The position numbers were made by a program, and so were the translations under genes. Of a DNA stretch of 64,000 nt, positions 11,760 through 25,724 are shown piece by piece. The notes under the pieces are model-generated. The model ran no database searches. It was not told the origin of the DNA and saw only the letters and a program-made list of their open reading frames with translations. Each line of letters starts with the position of its first letter. Position 1 is the first letter of the stretch. This DNA comes from Malacoraja senta (lineage: Eukaryota). The DNA is taken from positions 19,780,001 through 19,844,000 of the forward strand of contig CM075987.1 in assembly GCA_038087875.1 (NCBI GenBank). Direction: 5' to 3'.

Positions 11760-14700
11760 GAAATAATTGCCGCCACCATTGAGCATCACATAAGTGCAGG
11801 TAGAATCTTTTTTAGTGTTGGGACTTTATGAATGCCACGTTGAATTCAATGAAATCTTAAATCATGTAGCCATGTGCAGTGCTATTAGAAACAAATGGGA
11901 CTTCAGCATATGAAAGAGTATTCTGGGCATTCAGATTTATCATGTAAAATAGTTTAAACTTTGTCACAACCAAAAAAGAGATTCTTCAGTTTTCCATTTA
12001 TGCATGCGGTAGGTGCATCTTTCGTATCCTGTTTGGTTTTGTCCATTGCTTCCTCAAGAAAGGTTGAAAAATAAATCGAAAAGCAAAATAAAACTGCAGA
12101 TTATGGAAATTGATATGAATCAAGATTTGTTTTTTTAATTTCTCTTTCTTCAGGTGATAACAGTATTAGCATTTCAGGTGTGAAGTATGGTCCAAAACCA
12201 AAATGTCATCTCTCCGTTCCTGACTGATCTGTTAGGTTTCTCCTGTATTTTGATTTGCTTAACATTTCACCAGAACGTGGAACAATTTTTACATTGGAAA
12301 CAGGCATGAAGAGAACAAATAGAATATGGAGTGCAAGATATACTGCCTAACACAATATTGGATGGTGTGGAGAGAGGGGAGTGAAGGCTTGTTCATTCCA
12401 GCAGATCCGTCTGTAGTAGATATAAATAGGAGATGAATGAAGAACGGAAGCAAGAAAAACAATGTTGGAAGTGAGAAATGCAATAGCTGGAAATCTAAAA
12501 TAAGCAAGAATGCTGGAAATATCCCAAAACTTACAGCAGCATCTGTGGAGAAAGGAAAACTGAGTTAATGTTTTTGGTGGATGATTTAATGTAGAACTGG
12601 ACAGATCTGTAGATCTGAAATTATTATTGACTCTTGATGACTGTAATATCGCTTAATTGAAAGATAAAATGGTGTTCCTTAAGTATACTTTGGTTTTTGT
12701 TGCAAACAAGTAAGAGGCAAAAGAAAGAGATCGAATTTGGTATGAATTAAGCATTAAAGTGACAAACAGTTGGCCACTCACATTCACCCTTGCAGATTGT
12801 ACTGACTGTTCAAGGGGGCCACACAATCTGAGTTTAGTTGTATGGTTGTTGAGATATCCGTTTTGAACAATTATTTTATTTCAGTCTCTTTAATTGTAAT
12901 TGAAAACAATGATCTCATGATTGAGAGCAGCACGTGTGCTGAACAAATTTCTCAGGTTCTACTGTTTTGCATTGCTGAGGTCTGGGTAAGTTGCCAAATC
13001 AGGGCTGTCAAAGTTTCTGTTATATGTCTACTTTGCATTTGATACAAGGTGAAGTAATTCATGAAACAACTATTGGGGGGGGGGGGGGGGAGGGATAGCG
13101 GTGGTGCGCGTGTATACATATGATTATTTTAATGGTTTATTTAAAGTGCCATGTCATTAATGGATCATTAACAGCAGCTCTTGCAGGGAAGTGTTTTTAG
13201 TGTGTCTGTATTTATTTCACACACAAATGACATACCTGAAACCATGGAACAGACTAAGCGAAGTGGGCATTGGAAAAAAGCATTAAGATTGGCTATAGTA
13301 TGGGTTTGTGCATTGGAAAGGGGCAAGGCACAGAGGAGTTTGTATCAAGTATCCAACAGCTGTCAGTACATACTGGGCATCCTAGACAGCTATATCTACT
13401 ACTCTTTCAACATTAGCTTATCTTTTATGTTCGTTTGTCAGCTCATGTGACGAGGCGATACCTCTCCATCCAACTATGTCCAACTTTCCTTGCCTCATGC
13501 ACTGTGTTGTGGAACACACAGAGACCAGTACCATTCTAGAGATTCCAGCAGGTACATATTGAAACACTCCACTTTTTCAACATTTCTTTGGCTTTCTCTT
13601 TGTCATTCCAGGTGAAGAGATGGCTTTAGTTCTTGCACTCCTTTTCTTCATTAGTTGCTTCAGATTGGTCATGAGCCAGTTTTTCGGTGGGTTGATTCTG
13701 TCCCTCTATAGTCAGCCCTAAATCTGCTTGAAGGTGCAGTGTCACAGGAAAGAAGAAATATGGAAGCTTCCCAAGTCTGAAATGCATACTTGAATAAGCA
13801 TCTTCCTGGGGTTACTGACTGTTTGCAGATTAATGACAGGGATGCTTTCTGATTGTCAAAAACGCCAGGGTCATCATGGGTATGCATATTACATCTATTA
13901 CCTGCTTGACATAGTTGAGTGCAATGACTGAGAAATCCCATGGTTGCTGCTATCAGAACACTGGAATAACCTAAAAATCTAGAAGTTGAGAATGTGGTCA
14001 GTTTTACAGGTACAAGCAGAGCATGTGCATAAGATTTACCTGATCATGCAGAGATCTTTATAATTGCTTGCATAATTGCTCAAGGCTCTGAAGATACTGC
14101 TGTTCTGACATACAGGGGAAACTGAAGCTCCACCTATACAACCAGTGTGCAGCATATATATGTCACGAGGTCATGAACCTCTCTCTGTTTTATAGATGCG
14201 GTTGTGAGAGCAGCAGGGTACTTTGTCAGTTCCACCTGTGGGTCTGAGCAGCATCCATGTCTAAGTGAAGCAAATCAGTAGTTCTGAAGTAAAGACATTC
14301 AATGACAAGTACACCACAAGTCCTCTAAACCTTCCCTGAAGATTGTTCAATGAAAAAAAGTTAACACAATTCCTCTGAAGAAAACCTTCATCTACTCAGT
14401 AAGGATTTCACTGGCAAATCTTAGAGACAAGGAAATCTCTGTATCTGGATTATGTCCCACGGCTGCAGTTAAAGTCATTCTTATAGAGCACTTAGCAGTT
14501 TAGCTTACCAATACCTTCTCCCATGGGGTTTTCCAACTGCAGCCTAATGCTACTGGGTTAAGTCTGGAAGTTTAATGTTTTATGTGCTTCTGACTGCTGA
14601 CTGGTTTTAGTAGAATGGAAATTTTGCTCAACTGTGAAATACAGCTGTTCCCTGTGGTTAAATTCGCCTTCAGAAGAGGAGAAGGGTGATGGAATTTTGT

Positions 14701-16466
14701 ATTTTAAAGAACCATGCATGCTCAGTCGATATACAGTCAAGACTGTAATAAAAAGGTGTTAGGACATGAGATTTGTCTAAGTTTATGAGAATGTGGTGGA
14801 AGAGTAATTGATGTTCAAGTTCAGCCAGGTTCTTATGGAATAACAGACCAAATAGTCCATTTTTATTCCTGTTATTCATCTGATATTGTTAAAGGAGTTT
14901 TGTTTCTTTAGTTCTACTGTCCTTCCATATCACAAGTCTGATGGAATTCATGTATTATGTAACTAGATAATAATATGCCAAATCCATGATGTGTCAAATT
15001 ATTTGAAAACTGTATAAAAAAATAATCTGTTTTTCACATTGTAATAGACTTTATATGTTGGAACCTTGGTTGAATCCAGTTTAGAAGTGGTAAAAGTACA
15101 GGTATTGGATATATTCTTCTTGTACTTGCTCATGAAATGTAGCCCTTCTTTCTTAGCATGCCCTAAAGATGTATGGGCTAGCAGTTTTTATAGAATTTCT
15201 TCTGATGCCCTGCTACAGCTTGGGTGGACAATCAGTGGAAATGTAGTTTAATTGTTGTTCGGATATTTTAACTTGGATTTTAAATTCTAACTGCATTTGG
15301 TGCTGTTAATTTTGTGTATTGATATGAATAATATATTGATATAACATCTTCACTTTAACGATAAGTTTGCAAAATAATCCAATTACTCAAGTAAATGGAA
15401 CTTTGTTCGTATATTTGTGATTGGATACAGTTAAGAACAAATATTTTCCATCCCAAATCCTGAAACGCTGCCAGATTATAATGCAATAACCCTTGCTACT
15501 GTGGGCCTTTGCTGCTTACATTAGTGTTTCCTTTGGACAAAAATCAGGCAAACTGACAAACTGAATTGCATGACCTCAGTATTTAAATTTAAAGTTAATC
15601 TGGATTTAGAATTTTTATATTTCTGTTAAAGAGAAGCTGAAATGGAATTTTGATGCATATTCCATTACTTGAAATAACCTGAAGTGTTTAAAAGTTTGGT
15701 CAAGGCCAAAAACAACTTGCAGAATTTGGTGTCAATGTGGCCGCATGCAATTGGTGCTGCGAAATCATTGTAAAGAGTCAGGCATATAACTGGTTTCCTG
15801 TTCCTCTGCTCATTGATGGATTAATAAATTCCCCCTTTATTGTCTGGAAATGAGGCAGTGAATAGTTTGGGTACTGCCAACTGTGCTTGGAAAGCCTAGG
15901 TACAGGTGGTATGATAGGAGGAGAAATATTCTGTTCCCTCTGAAGAATCTAAGTGTCTCCAGACAATACCCATACCAGCATTGAGAAGAGGTCCTGAAGA
16001 GCCCAATATCAAAGTTTCGAATCCAAGACACAATGTTTAAGAAACTTGCCAATATTGAGAAAGTAAGAATCTCGCTTACTTTGTACTCACACTTTCAGCC
16101 ATATTATTCATAAGATACTATTTCCCTACACTCTCCTAAAATGTATATCATTCTAACTATGTTTTACACAATTATCATAAACTATGATGAACATCTTACA
16201 GATAGGTTCCATGCACTAGGATATGGAAATGAAAAAGGAAACAGTAGAGAAGGAATTAATATGAAAGTGAAATAACATGGAACTAGTGTGAATGGATGAT
16301 CGATGGTCAGTGTGGACTCAAAAACTCTAAATAATTCTCTATTTTCAAAAACTAAAAACATTCCATTGTTTGATATATTTGGGACTTTTTATTCTAGATT
16401 CAGTGTAACTATTTGTAGTTAAGTGATGAAGAAATCGAATCAATTAGTGACAGTAAAGACAGCGAC

Positions 16467-16656
16467 AAGAGTCAGGAGTGTTTTATTGTCATACAGTATG
16501 TCCCAGATAGAACAATGAAATTCTTACTTGCTGCAGCACAACAGAATATGTAAACATAGTACACTGTAAAAAATATGATAAACGAGAGAAAATAAAGTTC
16601 AGTGTGTATGTATACACATACTCACAAGTACACACACACACATATATATATATATA
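16467..16656 (-). mobile_element. Rex-Babar-like LINE 3' tail (continues ~17990-18050) interrupted by a Helitron
   Basis: Reverse complement GCTGCAGCAAGTAAGAATTTCATTGTTC...TGACAATAAAACAC matches the tail of the Rex element at ~54910-54970; CA/TA microsatellite on both sides of the insert. Confidence 0.6.
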
Positions 16657-17987
16657 CAAGACTAAGTGGGACTCGTTGGGTCCCAGGTTCACATGGGAGG
16701 GCTGGTCCTCCAACGCAATATTCCACTTCTCCACCAATTCCAATATTGGTGGCCGGGGGGGGGGGGGGGTTCTGGAGCGCTAGCATCGGTGTTGTGGGTC
16801 AAGTGAAGTCAAGCACAGTGAGTGCAGGGCCAACAATCCATTTCAACCCATTTCCTGTCAAGTCAAGCACAGTGAGTGCAGGGCCAACAATCCATTTCAA
16901 TCCATTTCCTGTCAAGTCAATCCATTTCAAGTCAAGTCAAGTCAAGCACAGAGCAGGCGGGGCCAGCCAACAATACAATCCATTTGCTTTCATTTCAGGT
17001 GAGGTCAAGCAAAGCAAAGGCAAAGCAAAAGCAAAAGCACAGGGCAGGCGGGGCCAGCCAACAATACAATCCATTTGCTTTCATTTCAGGTGAGCTCAAG
17101 CAAAGCAAAGGCAAAGCAAAAGCAAAAGCACAGGGCAGGCAGGGCCAGCCAACAATACAATCCATTTGCTTTCATTTCAGGTGAGCTCAAGCAAAGCAAA
17201 GGCAAAGCAAAAGCAAAAGCAAAGGCAGGCCAAACAACTCTTTTCCATTTCCATTTCAATTTCAAGCACAGGGCAGGCCAAAGAACTCATTTCATTTCAT
17301 TAAGGGCTAACAAATCATTTACTGCAAGCACATTAAGGGTTAACAAATCATCATTCATTGCAAGCACATTGATGGGTAACAAATCATTTATTGCAAGCAC
17401 ATTAAGGGTTAACAAATCATCATTCATTGCAAGCACATTGCTGGCTAACAAATCATTTATTGCAAGCACATTAAGGGTTAACAAATCATCATTCGTTGGA
17501 AGCATATTGCTGGCAAACAAATCATTTATTGCAAGCACATAAAGGGTTAACCACATAAAGCACATAACCACATAAAACACATAACCACATAAACCACATA
17601 ACCACATAAAGCACATAACGGGTAGACTCACAGTTCAGTAGACTCACAGCAGAATCAGAGTTGTGGCTTCTTCCTCGCGATCTTTCAGAGTGACTGACTC
17701 ATATCCAGGCATCCGGGGTTTTATAGTCCTGCCCTCCCCCCGGAAGAGGCATTCCTTCATCCTGGTGATTGACAGGCGAGAGGACCAATCAGCTGTTTTG
17801 AAGATTTTTTAAACACTCATAACTTTTTTAATTTTCATCGATCGTAAAAATCCTCGGGGCTGCCTCAGCGGAGGAGGACTGTGAGTAAGATAGCCAAAAA
17901 TCATAGCAATATAGGGTAGCGCTTTTTCTAAAATCAATATACAAAGCAGACAGGAAGTGGTCAAGATGAGACTTTTAGTTATATAGA
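16657..17987 (-). mobile_element. Non-autonomous Helitron-like element with internal minisatellites
   Basis: Minus strand: host A | 5'-TC TATATAAC ... hairpin GGGACCC-AAC-GAGTCCC (16668-16684) 11 nt before 3'-CTTG (canonical CTRR, one mismatch) | host T; no TSD. Confidence 0.75.
16800..17620. repeat. Compound minisatellite: 54 bp x2, 91 bp x3, alternating 33/36 bp (69-bp dimer) x~3.5, then 8/9-bp units
   Basis: Periods counted directly: AAGCACAGTG at 16811 and 16865; GCACAG at 16946, 17037 and 17128; units share an AAGCACA/CACA core. Confidence 0.92.
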
Positions 17988-20029
17988 TAGATAGATATAC
18001 ACACATACCTGTACACATACACACATACTCAAAAAACAATACACCAACAATGTAGGACTGTTGTTGAATTGTGAATAGAAATGATGACTCAGATGATGTG
18101 TTTTATGATGAGCAACTGACTTGGCTTGAGGCTTGGAAATCAATGCCACTACTGTCTTTCCTCCATCTGCTTTACATCTCACCGTGCTGGTAATGCTAGA
18201 GGTTGGTGCTTCATGCTGACATCAGTATGACTAATGATACAAACAACCAGGTGCTGCGAACCACGTGGTTAGCATGTTTCAGGAAGTGGTGCCCTCATTG
18301 TTCAAAAGTGTGCTCGTTTGACAAGGAGGAACAGACAGGTAGTGCAAAAGTCTCATGAATGTCTTTTGTTTTCATCTGTCTAATCTTAATTCCTCTGAGA
18401 AATACTAGGGGTCAGCTCAGAGGTGGCCGAGTTGTACGCAGAGGACAGATGAAGGTCAAGAAAGACATTCTGAATGAGGATTCATTAGATATGAGCATAC
18501 AGGTCAATTTGTTGCCACAAATATGAATCCAGGATATGTTGCTTTCCCTGGTTCCGGGTCAAGGATGCCATTGAGCAATTGCAGTTGGGAAGCAGGTTAG
18601 ACATTAGGACCAGAATGTTAATAAATTCTGAATTACTCTTGGTGCTGTTCACTGGTGAGTACAGAAATACATTATTAGGAAAGGTGAATATGTGGCCGGA
18701 GAAATGTGCAGGATGGAAAATGTTGTGTTCTGGAACATTGAAGGTGATTATGATAGGTGAAATGAAAGGGCAAATTATTATTTAAATGGAATGATTACGG
18801 ATCTAACTGATTAGGTAGACTTTTGATAAAGTAACTAAGCTGACTGATGAGGGAAGGAACTGCAATTGGTGTGCTAGATATGGACTTTCCAGTGAGACTT
18901 GTGAAGGTTCCACATAATAGACGTCATCAAGATTGAATGCTATGGAATAAAATGAACAAAAGCAGCATGTAAAAAATAGGCAATTTGATAGGAAACAAAG
19001 GGAGATTGTTTTTCTGACTGCAGGGCAAAATATCTCATGAGGTCTCCCAGGGGCTGGTGCTAGGACCATTCCTCTTCTTAATATACGGATTATTTGGGAT
19101 TTCTGTGGAGGCAAATTCAACTATAGTTTTCAAAAGAGAGCTTGAAAATTAAATGAAGGAAATATTGAAGGGTAATGGGGTGAGGTGGGTGAGTGGGATT
19201 AGCCAGACCGCATTTTCATTGAAATAGTATGAACTTGTTGGACCAAATGGCCTTCCATGCTGCCATTATTCTGTGATATTTTCCGAGAAATTCATTGTCA
19301 CTAGAAAACATGCACATACACAATGTATGAGGGTCCAATTCCAGAATGACTTGGTGTTGTTCGCACCTGATATTTGTGCATGCAAATCATTATTACTACT
19401 GCAGCGTCCAACAATTCCCATCTGTGCTTTTAGGCATATTGGCACAGTCATATGGTGTAATTTTTGGAAACACTGGCACCAATGTAAACTACATAACGCC
19501 AATTAAAGTTGCGACTTCACCTCTTAAAAGAGATGATCCTTGCATCCACTGACTGCTGGAAGTAATCATATAGCTTGGAGTCATGTCATGGAGTTGTACA
19601 GCATGTATACAGGCCCTTAGGCCCATATTATCCATGCCGACCAAGTGTGTATTCTGGCCATTTACCTGCTTTTGGCCCATATCCCTTGAAACCCTTCCTA
19701 TCCACATATCTGTCCAAAAATAATTTGAAAGTCGTAAAGTGTATTTACTTCTATGCCTTCCTCAAGACCTATTCCAGATACGGATTGCCTACTATGGTTC
19801 TATCACAGAGACCATCCTCAATGATGTGCATATATCATTGATGTTAATAGGATGTTTAGTTGCAATCCTCTTCTCGTATCCCATTTCCCTCCTATTGTGC
19901 AATATTTTCTGATTAACAAAATGTGTTCTCATCACCCATCCCCAACTTTCACCATAATTCCCAAATCATTGGGTCTTCTCCCTTCAGGAAACAAGGAATT
20001 CTCACCAGTTTAAGCCTCATCACTAGTCA

Positions 20030-20680
20030 CCGGGTGGCGGCAGCAATCGCTGCCTTGCCAACAGTCTGTCTGTCCCTTCTTTTGTTGTTTGTTTGTATGC
20101 GTTAAATGTATGTTTTAGTGTTCTTTAGCTTGTTTTATGTGGGGGGTGGGGGGATGGGGGAGTTGGGGGAAACTTTGTTTTATGTGGGGTGTGAGGGGAG
20201 TTGGGGAAAACTTTTTCTAATCTCTTATTTGACGGAGATGCGATTTTTCTCCATATCGTATCATCGTCCGCACTGCGGCCTAACATCGTGGAGTTGGCGG
20301 CCTTTGCTGGAGACCGACTTCGAGAGCTCCACTGCGGGAGCCTGCGGACTTTAACATCGCAGAGCTCGCGGTCTCTGGTTAGAGACCGACTTTGGGAACT
20401 CCAAGCCGCAGGAGCTTCGACCTCCCCGACGCGGGAGCTTCGATCGCCCCAACTGCGGATGATTCGACTACCTCGACCGCGGGAGAATAAAAGAGGAAGA
20501 AGTTTGCACTTTATTGTCTTCCATCACAGTGAAAAACATGGGGAATCCACTGTGGTGGATGTTTATGTTAACTTTTATGCAATTGTGTGTCTTGTTGCTT
20601 TCTTTTAGTATGGCTGTGTGGTAATTCGAATTTCACCATACCATAATTGGTACATGTGACAATAAACTGACCTTGAAACC
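20030..20680 (+). mobile_element. CpG-rich SINE-like non-autonomous retroelement with Rex/L2-type tail
   Basis: Internal repeats (AACATCG, GAGACCGACTT, GGAGCTTCGA), CpGs retained; tail TGTGACAATAAACTGACCTTG similar to the Rex tails in this window. Confidence 0.5.
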
Positions 20681-21939
20681 TCATTGTTGAGCTGCAAGGG
20701 ATTGCACAACTGTTCCATGACTGCAACTGCAGTAAGTCGCTCTTTGCCACCATCTCATGCAGTGGCACACTGCCTTTAGTGGAAGGTTGATGATTTGATG
20801 ATAGCAAGATTTGTACTATGTATTGTCATTGGATAAAAGTACCTTACACAAGGGCAGGGACAAGGGCTACACAGAAGTTAGCTCCTGAGTTGTAAATTGC
20901 ATACATAGTCCAGAGGGCGCAAGTGGTCTCATTGTTGGTGCAGCAGACAGAAGATGCAAGGAGCGTCTGATCTGCATGAAGGTCTATGTAGAAAATCAAG
21001 GCACATGGAGCGTTCAGACTCCAATTTTGTACTCGGTTTTGAAGAGAGTTTGGAGTTCACCCTTTCCCACATGGCTAGCTTCCCTATCTTCATTTAATCT
21101 ACAGACTGACTGTAACATTGTGCATTTAAAGGTTGAACTCCCAGCTTCCATTACAGCACTAACAAATGCCATCCATTATATATTTTTGGTAGAACTCCTG
21201 GCATCTGCTAAGCAAGCTCAGATGATAGTCACAGTTTGGAGGAAAATTGAACTTTTAAATTAAGGGTTTCATGACTCATTGTTCAAGAATACTGAACCTG
21301 AATTTAGTTGAAGGACAATATGATCTATTGGATAAGAATTTTTCTTCACTGCATGAAGTGAAACCAATCTGGGTGTACTTTGATCTTTATGTCTGTGTCA
21401 TGTGTAAAATAAGAGAAACAAGTGTAAATTATGAAAATGTGTCCAAAAAAAGGAAAGTATAGACTTTTAGGTCATTCCCAAATCACGATTAGTGAAAGGC
21501 TGTTTAAGGAAGCCAAACTAGTTAAACCAGATGAAGTGGGATTATATATGGCTGATTATTAAGAGATGCTTGATTTGCCTATGATGTTTGCATGTTTCTT
21601 TAACACCCTCTTATAAATTATCCGGTTAGATTAACCTCTTCATAAACCCATATTCTTTTCTCATGCCATCCATGATGCTTTAATCAGGAATTTGAATCAA
21701 ATTATTTGGTGAAAGCAAGATTAGGTGGAAACAAATATCCTTTTGCAAAATGTCAAGGGCAATTACAGCCTGGTGCAACAACCGTGTCCTCTGCTGATAC
21801 CAACAGAAAAACATTTCTTCAGTGCAGCTGCTAACGCTATAACATCTTTGGTGCAGCTGTGACAGCAGAAATGTTCTACATTGATGCCGGTAATGGTAAA
21901 TATATTTCTTTATGCATTTGCCAATGACATAAATATCCT

Positions 21940-22400
21940 ATTAAGCAATGCCAATAGTAGAATCATAATTCTGTGTTTCTAGAAGAACAAAGTGGCACCA
22001 AAGTGACATTTTTCATCTGTATTTCCAGAACAATATGGTTGCCAAAAATAGAAACAACTTTCAGCTGTTTCTAGAAGAATGTGCATGCCAGAAACCGAGA
22101 TGGTTTTCATCTATATTTCCATATAAGTATAGCTGCCAACAGTTGAAGCATCCTTCAGTGTTTTCATTCTGAAGGTTGCCGAGTGCAGAGATGCCCTTTA
22201 GTATTGTTTTTAGAAGACTTAATAGTACTGGCTATCCTGTGTTTTTAGCAGATTATATCTTCCAGCATTAGGGATTCTGAATACAATTTCTAGAATATAG
22301 CTGCCAACAGAATCTTTTAGTTTGTTTCCTGAAAATTATAATTGATGACAATAGTGATTTTTTTTCCTTGAAGAATGATTATGCTTACAGAAGATGCATA
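21940..22400. repeat. Decayed ~46-bp minisatellite
   Basis: TTTCTAGAAGAA at 21976 and 22068 (92 bp apart); TTTCATCTRTATTTCCA twice; ATAGCTGCCAACAG twice. Confidence 0.6.
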
Positions 22401-22504
22401 TTTCAGTACCTTATCTTCCACTTGAAATGGATGCCATATTTGGTCCTTCCTAACTGCTCAAGACAAATCTTGTGCTAACAACAGAAGAAAGATTAAAGCG
22501 AGAA

Positions 22505-23225
22505 ACACAAAACTGTAGCTGGTAGAACCAGGAGTGATAAATAAACTGCTGGAAGAACTTCGCAGGCCAAACAACATCTATGGAGGCAAAGGGATGGTAG
22601 ACATTCTGGTTGAGACCCTGTATCAAGATGAGGTGTAGAAGGAAGATAGCTGGTATATAGAATTGAGAAGGAGGGGTGAGACAGGCTGGGAGGTGATGGT
22701 GCAAGCAGATTGTGGAGCAGGGTGGGGAATGATGAGCAGATGGAGTCAGATTGGTGAGGGAGAGTGTTGAGTCAGAGGCTGGTAGAGTGACAGATGGAAA
22801 CATAGGAAAAGAGAAATAAGGGAGTTGAGATGACGAACATTGAACATTCCAGTTGCATATCATTTCAACTTCGCTTCTCAATCATACACCAACTTGTCTG
22901 TCCTTGGCCTTTTTCACAGTCCCACTCGCAAACTGGAGAAACAGTATATAATTTTCTGCTTGGGTATGTCAATGTCAGGTGGCCCGCCCATTTTGTGGTC
23001 CTTTCCCTCTCCGACCAGTCCACTCAGTGTCATCTCCTATATTCACCCTTTTCACCTCCTCCCTCGTTATCTGGATTGATCACCCTCCCCCACCTGATTT
23101 CATCTGCCCAACACATACTTATATATCTGAGTTTCTTCTCCATTGGTTCTCCTTTCCTATCCTTTCCCCCCACCTGATTTCCTCTGCCTGTCATCTCACC
23201 CTTATCTGGTTTCATGTATCACCCA
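22505..23225. mobile_element. Penelope-like element remnant with inverted terminal segment
   Basis: + strand 22845-22965 encodes PVAYHFN..SVLGL...RKLEKQYIIFCLG (GIY-YIG C-terminus) followed by a pyrimidine-rich UTR; 22505-22830 is the UTR/terminus in the opposite orientation. Confidence 0.75.
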
Positions 23226-25724
23226 AGAATGAAGGACCTTCCCATCATCGAAGGGATATACAGGAAGTGTTGCCTCAAGAAGGCAGCTAATATCACTAAA
23301 GACCCACACACCCTGCCCACACTCTCATCTCACTGCAACCACTAAGAAGAACGTTCAGGAGCCTGAGAACTATTATCTCTACATTCAACCATTAGGCTAT
23401 TGAACCACAATGTACGACCTTAACCACAACTGTACATCAGTCCCCAACTACTATGGACTTTGTATAAGAGTTACACAATGTACTTTGGCTTGAAATGTTA
23501 TGATCTCGTTTCCTAATATAACTGACAATTTATTGTTTATTGTATATTTTACGTTCCCTCGCTCAACTCTTGCCTAGCTCCATCTGCCACTATTAAAAAC
23601 AATTCTTCTTATGTTTCTACCTATCACCTACCAGCCTTTACCTCGCCCTTCCCTCTCACTTCTATATACTGGCTATCTTCCCTTTACACTCTCAGCACTT
23701 ATGAAAGGTTTTCACCTGAAACATCGACCATCCCAGTGTCACTGCTGTTGCTGCCTGACCTGCTGAGTTCTCCCAGTTGTTTATTTTTTGCTTACAACGA
23801 CTAACTTGACACTGCTATCTCATTACTATTAGTAATTTGTAGACACAAGAGGCTACAGATGTTGGAATCTTTTGCAAAAAAACTTAGGAGGAACTCGGCA
23901 AGTCAGGCAGCTTCTGTCACTACAATGAGTTAATGTATTTACGAGAACATTTGTAAAACATTCATTATAATGAAACTGACCATAAAAATGCTTTTAGTTA
24001 ACTATTTGAATATACTTAATTCTAATGTTGCTGAATATAATTTTTCAGAAGTTAGTTTTGGGACCCCAATTCTACTTCTTTTCCATCAGAATATAAGCAA
24101 AAGATGGTGAGAGCATTTGTGTTGTTTTTTCCCTCAACTGCATTGAAGTAAAACATTTATGCAATATTGCATACTGTAGATGTAACTACTCCATGCCTGC
24201 AGCTGGAACATTTTTCCATTTTTTGGTTTGACTGCATTTATTAGGATTATCCTCTGTTTTGGGTGCAAGTTGGGTGAACTTTAAGCTGACAATGAGAATT
24301 TCTGGTTACTGGCAAATGTTCAATTTAGCACACAATGAAAATGTGTTTGAGATTCCCTTCAAAGGCTGCTCCCTTGTTTATGGGAGAGTAGATAAAAAAA
24401 AGTGCGAAAGAGTAAATGCCAAGGACCAAGAATGGACTCCTACAGTAATACTTCCATATAGGGCAGATAGACTCTGGTACATTAAGGGCCACACACCTAT
24501 TGTTAAATAAGAAAGAAATCTGGATCAGGACTGTCAGCTCTGCATATGAATTTGTAATTTGGATCAATCTCAAAGGTTTAGAAATCAGAAATACTCTCAA
24601 CCTTAATTCTGCTTATTCTCTCAAGGTTACAGCAGAAGACTTTGGCAACAAAATCCATGGGTTCTCCTGCATTTGCCTGCTCACCAATACCATCTTCATA
24701 ACAGCTCAGGATTTAATCTATTTTTTTATGGTTCCAACACAGCAGCAGGACACAGTTCTATCCTGTGGCTTGTCCCACCAAAACCCAGTGCAGTAGTTAG
24801 CATACACATAGTCGGCCTGTTTAGTTAAACCATTGGATTTTTCTGGTCCAAACACACTCTATCAAAATAATTGGTGACCAAATACAATTGATTTCTTTTG
24901 GAGATGATTTATAGAATGAAAGTGGGGCACGCAAGCTATTTCAGTGCCCTTTAACTGAGGTATTTATTTGGATAATTAAAGGATAGTATAAATTAACCTG
25001 CTTTTTATTATCTGCATACTGTGTGCTAGTAATATTTGAAAATACATTAAGGCAGTCGATAAGGGCCTGTATCTCATGCCCTCACTCGACCTCTCCATTG
25101 CTTCTGATTTGCAATGCTGTTTGACCACATCCAACACTCTGCTGCCTATTGTCCTATGCAAAATTATCCATCTGATCTTTCAGCCTAATCTCACTCATAG
25201 ATGCAAAACTTTCAATGTAGGATCCTCATACTTTTGTTTAACTCTCCTCAAGGCCCGAGCTATTTCCCATCTCTGTAGATCTTTTGAGTGTATTTTTCTA
25301 ACTTATTTTGCATTTCAGTTTCCATGTCTGCATTGATAACTGTCATTAGCTGCTTAAGTCCAATGCCCTGGAATCATATTTCTACACCTCTCATTATTTT
25401 TAAGATACATCTTAAAACCTAATTTTTTGATCAAACTAGATAAAGTGTCCTGATTCACATGACTTGAAATCAGATTCTCTCTGTTCTATTACAGGCATTG
25501 AGTATCAAACTGAAAAAAAACCAGAATTAGACCTGATGCCGAGTGTTGGGTAAAAGTTCATTGGAGTGGGTTATGATGCTAACTGAAAACATTATTTTAA
25601 AAAGGTGTGAAGTGCTAGCACTCACCTTTTTGTAATCTTGTATTACCTTAGAATCAAGAGATTTTTACTTTGTGTTGGACAAAATGCATTTGTGTGTAAT
25701 TTTGCCAAGCACACTGAATAAGCA

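Noticed and set aside
13993..14318. Possible solo LTR (TGTGGT...ACCACA with TATA-like and AGTAAA signals)
   Set aside because: No target-site duplication and no second copy or PBS/PPT
16800..17550. Regularly spaced repeats as a CRISPR array
   Set aside because: Units are contiguous tandem copies with no unique spacers, no cas genes, eukaryotic context
16602..17631. Repetitive ORFs (100-163 aa) as a repeat protein
   Set aside because: By-products of minisatellites; the 91-bp unit shifts frame each copy and ORFs appear on both strands
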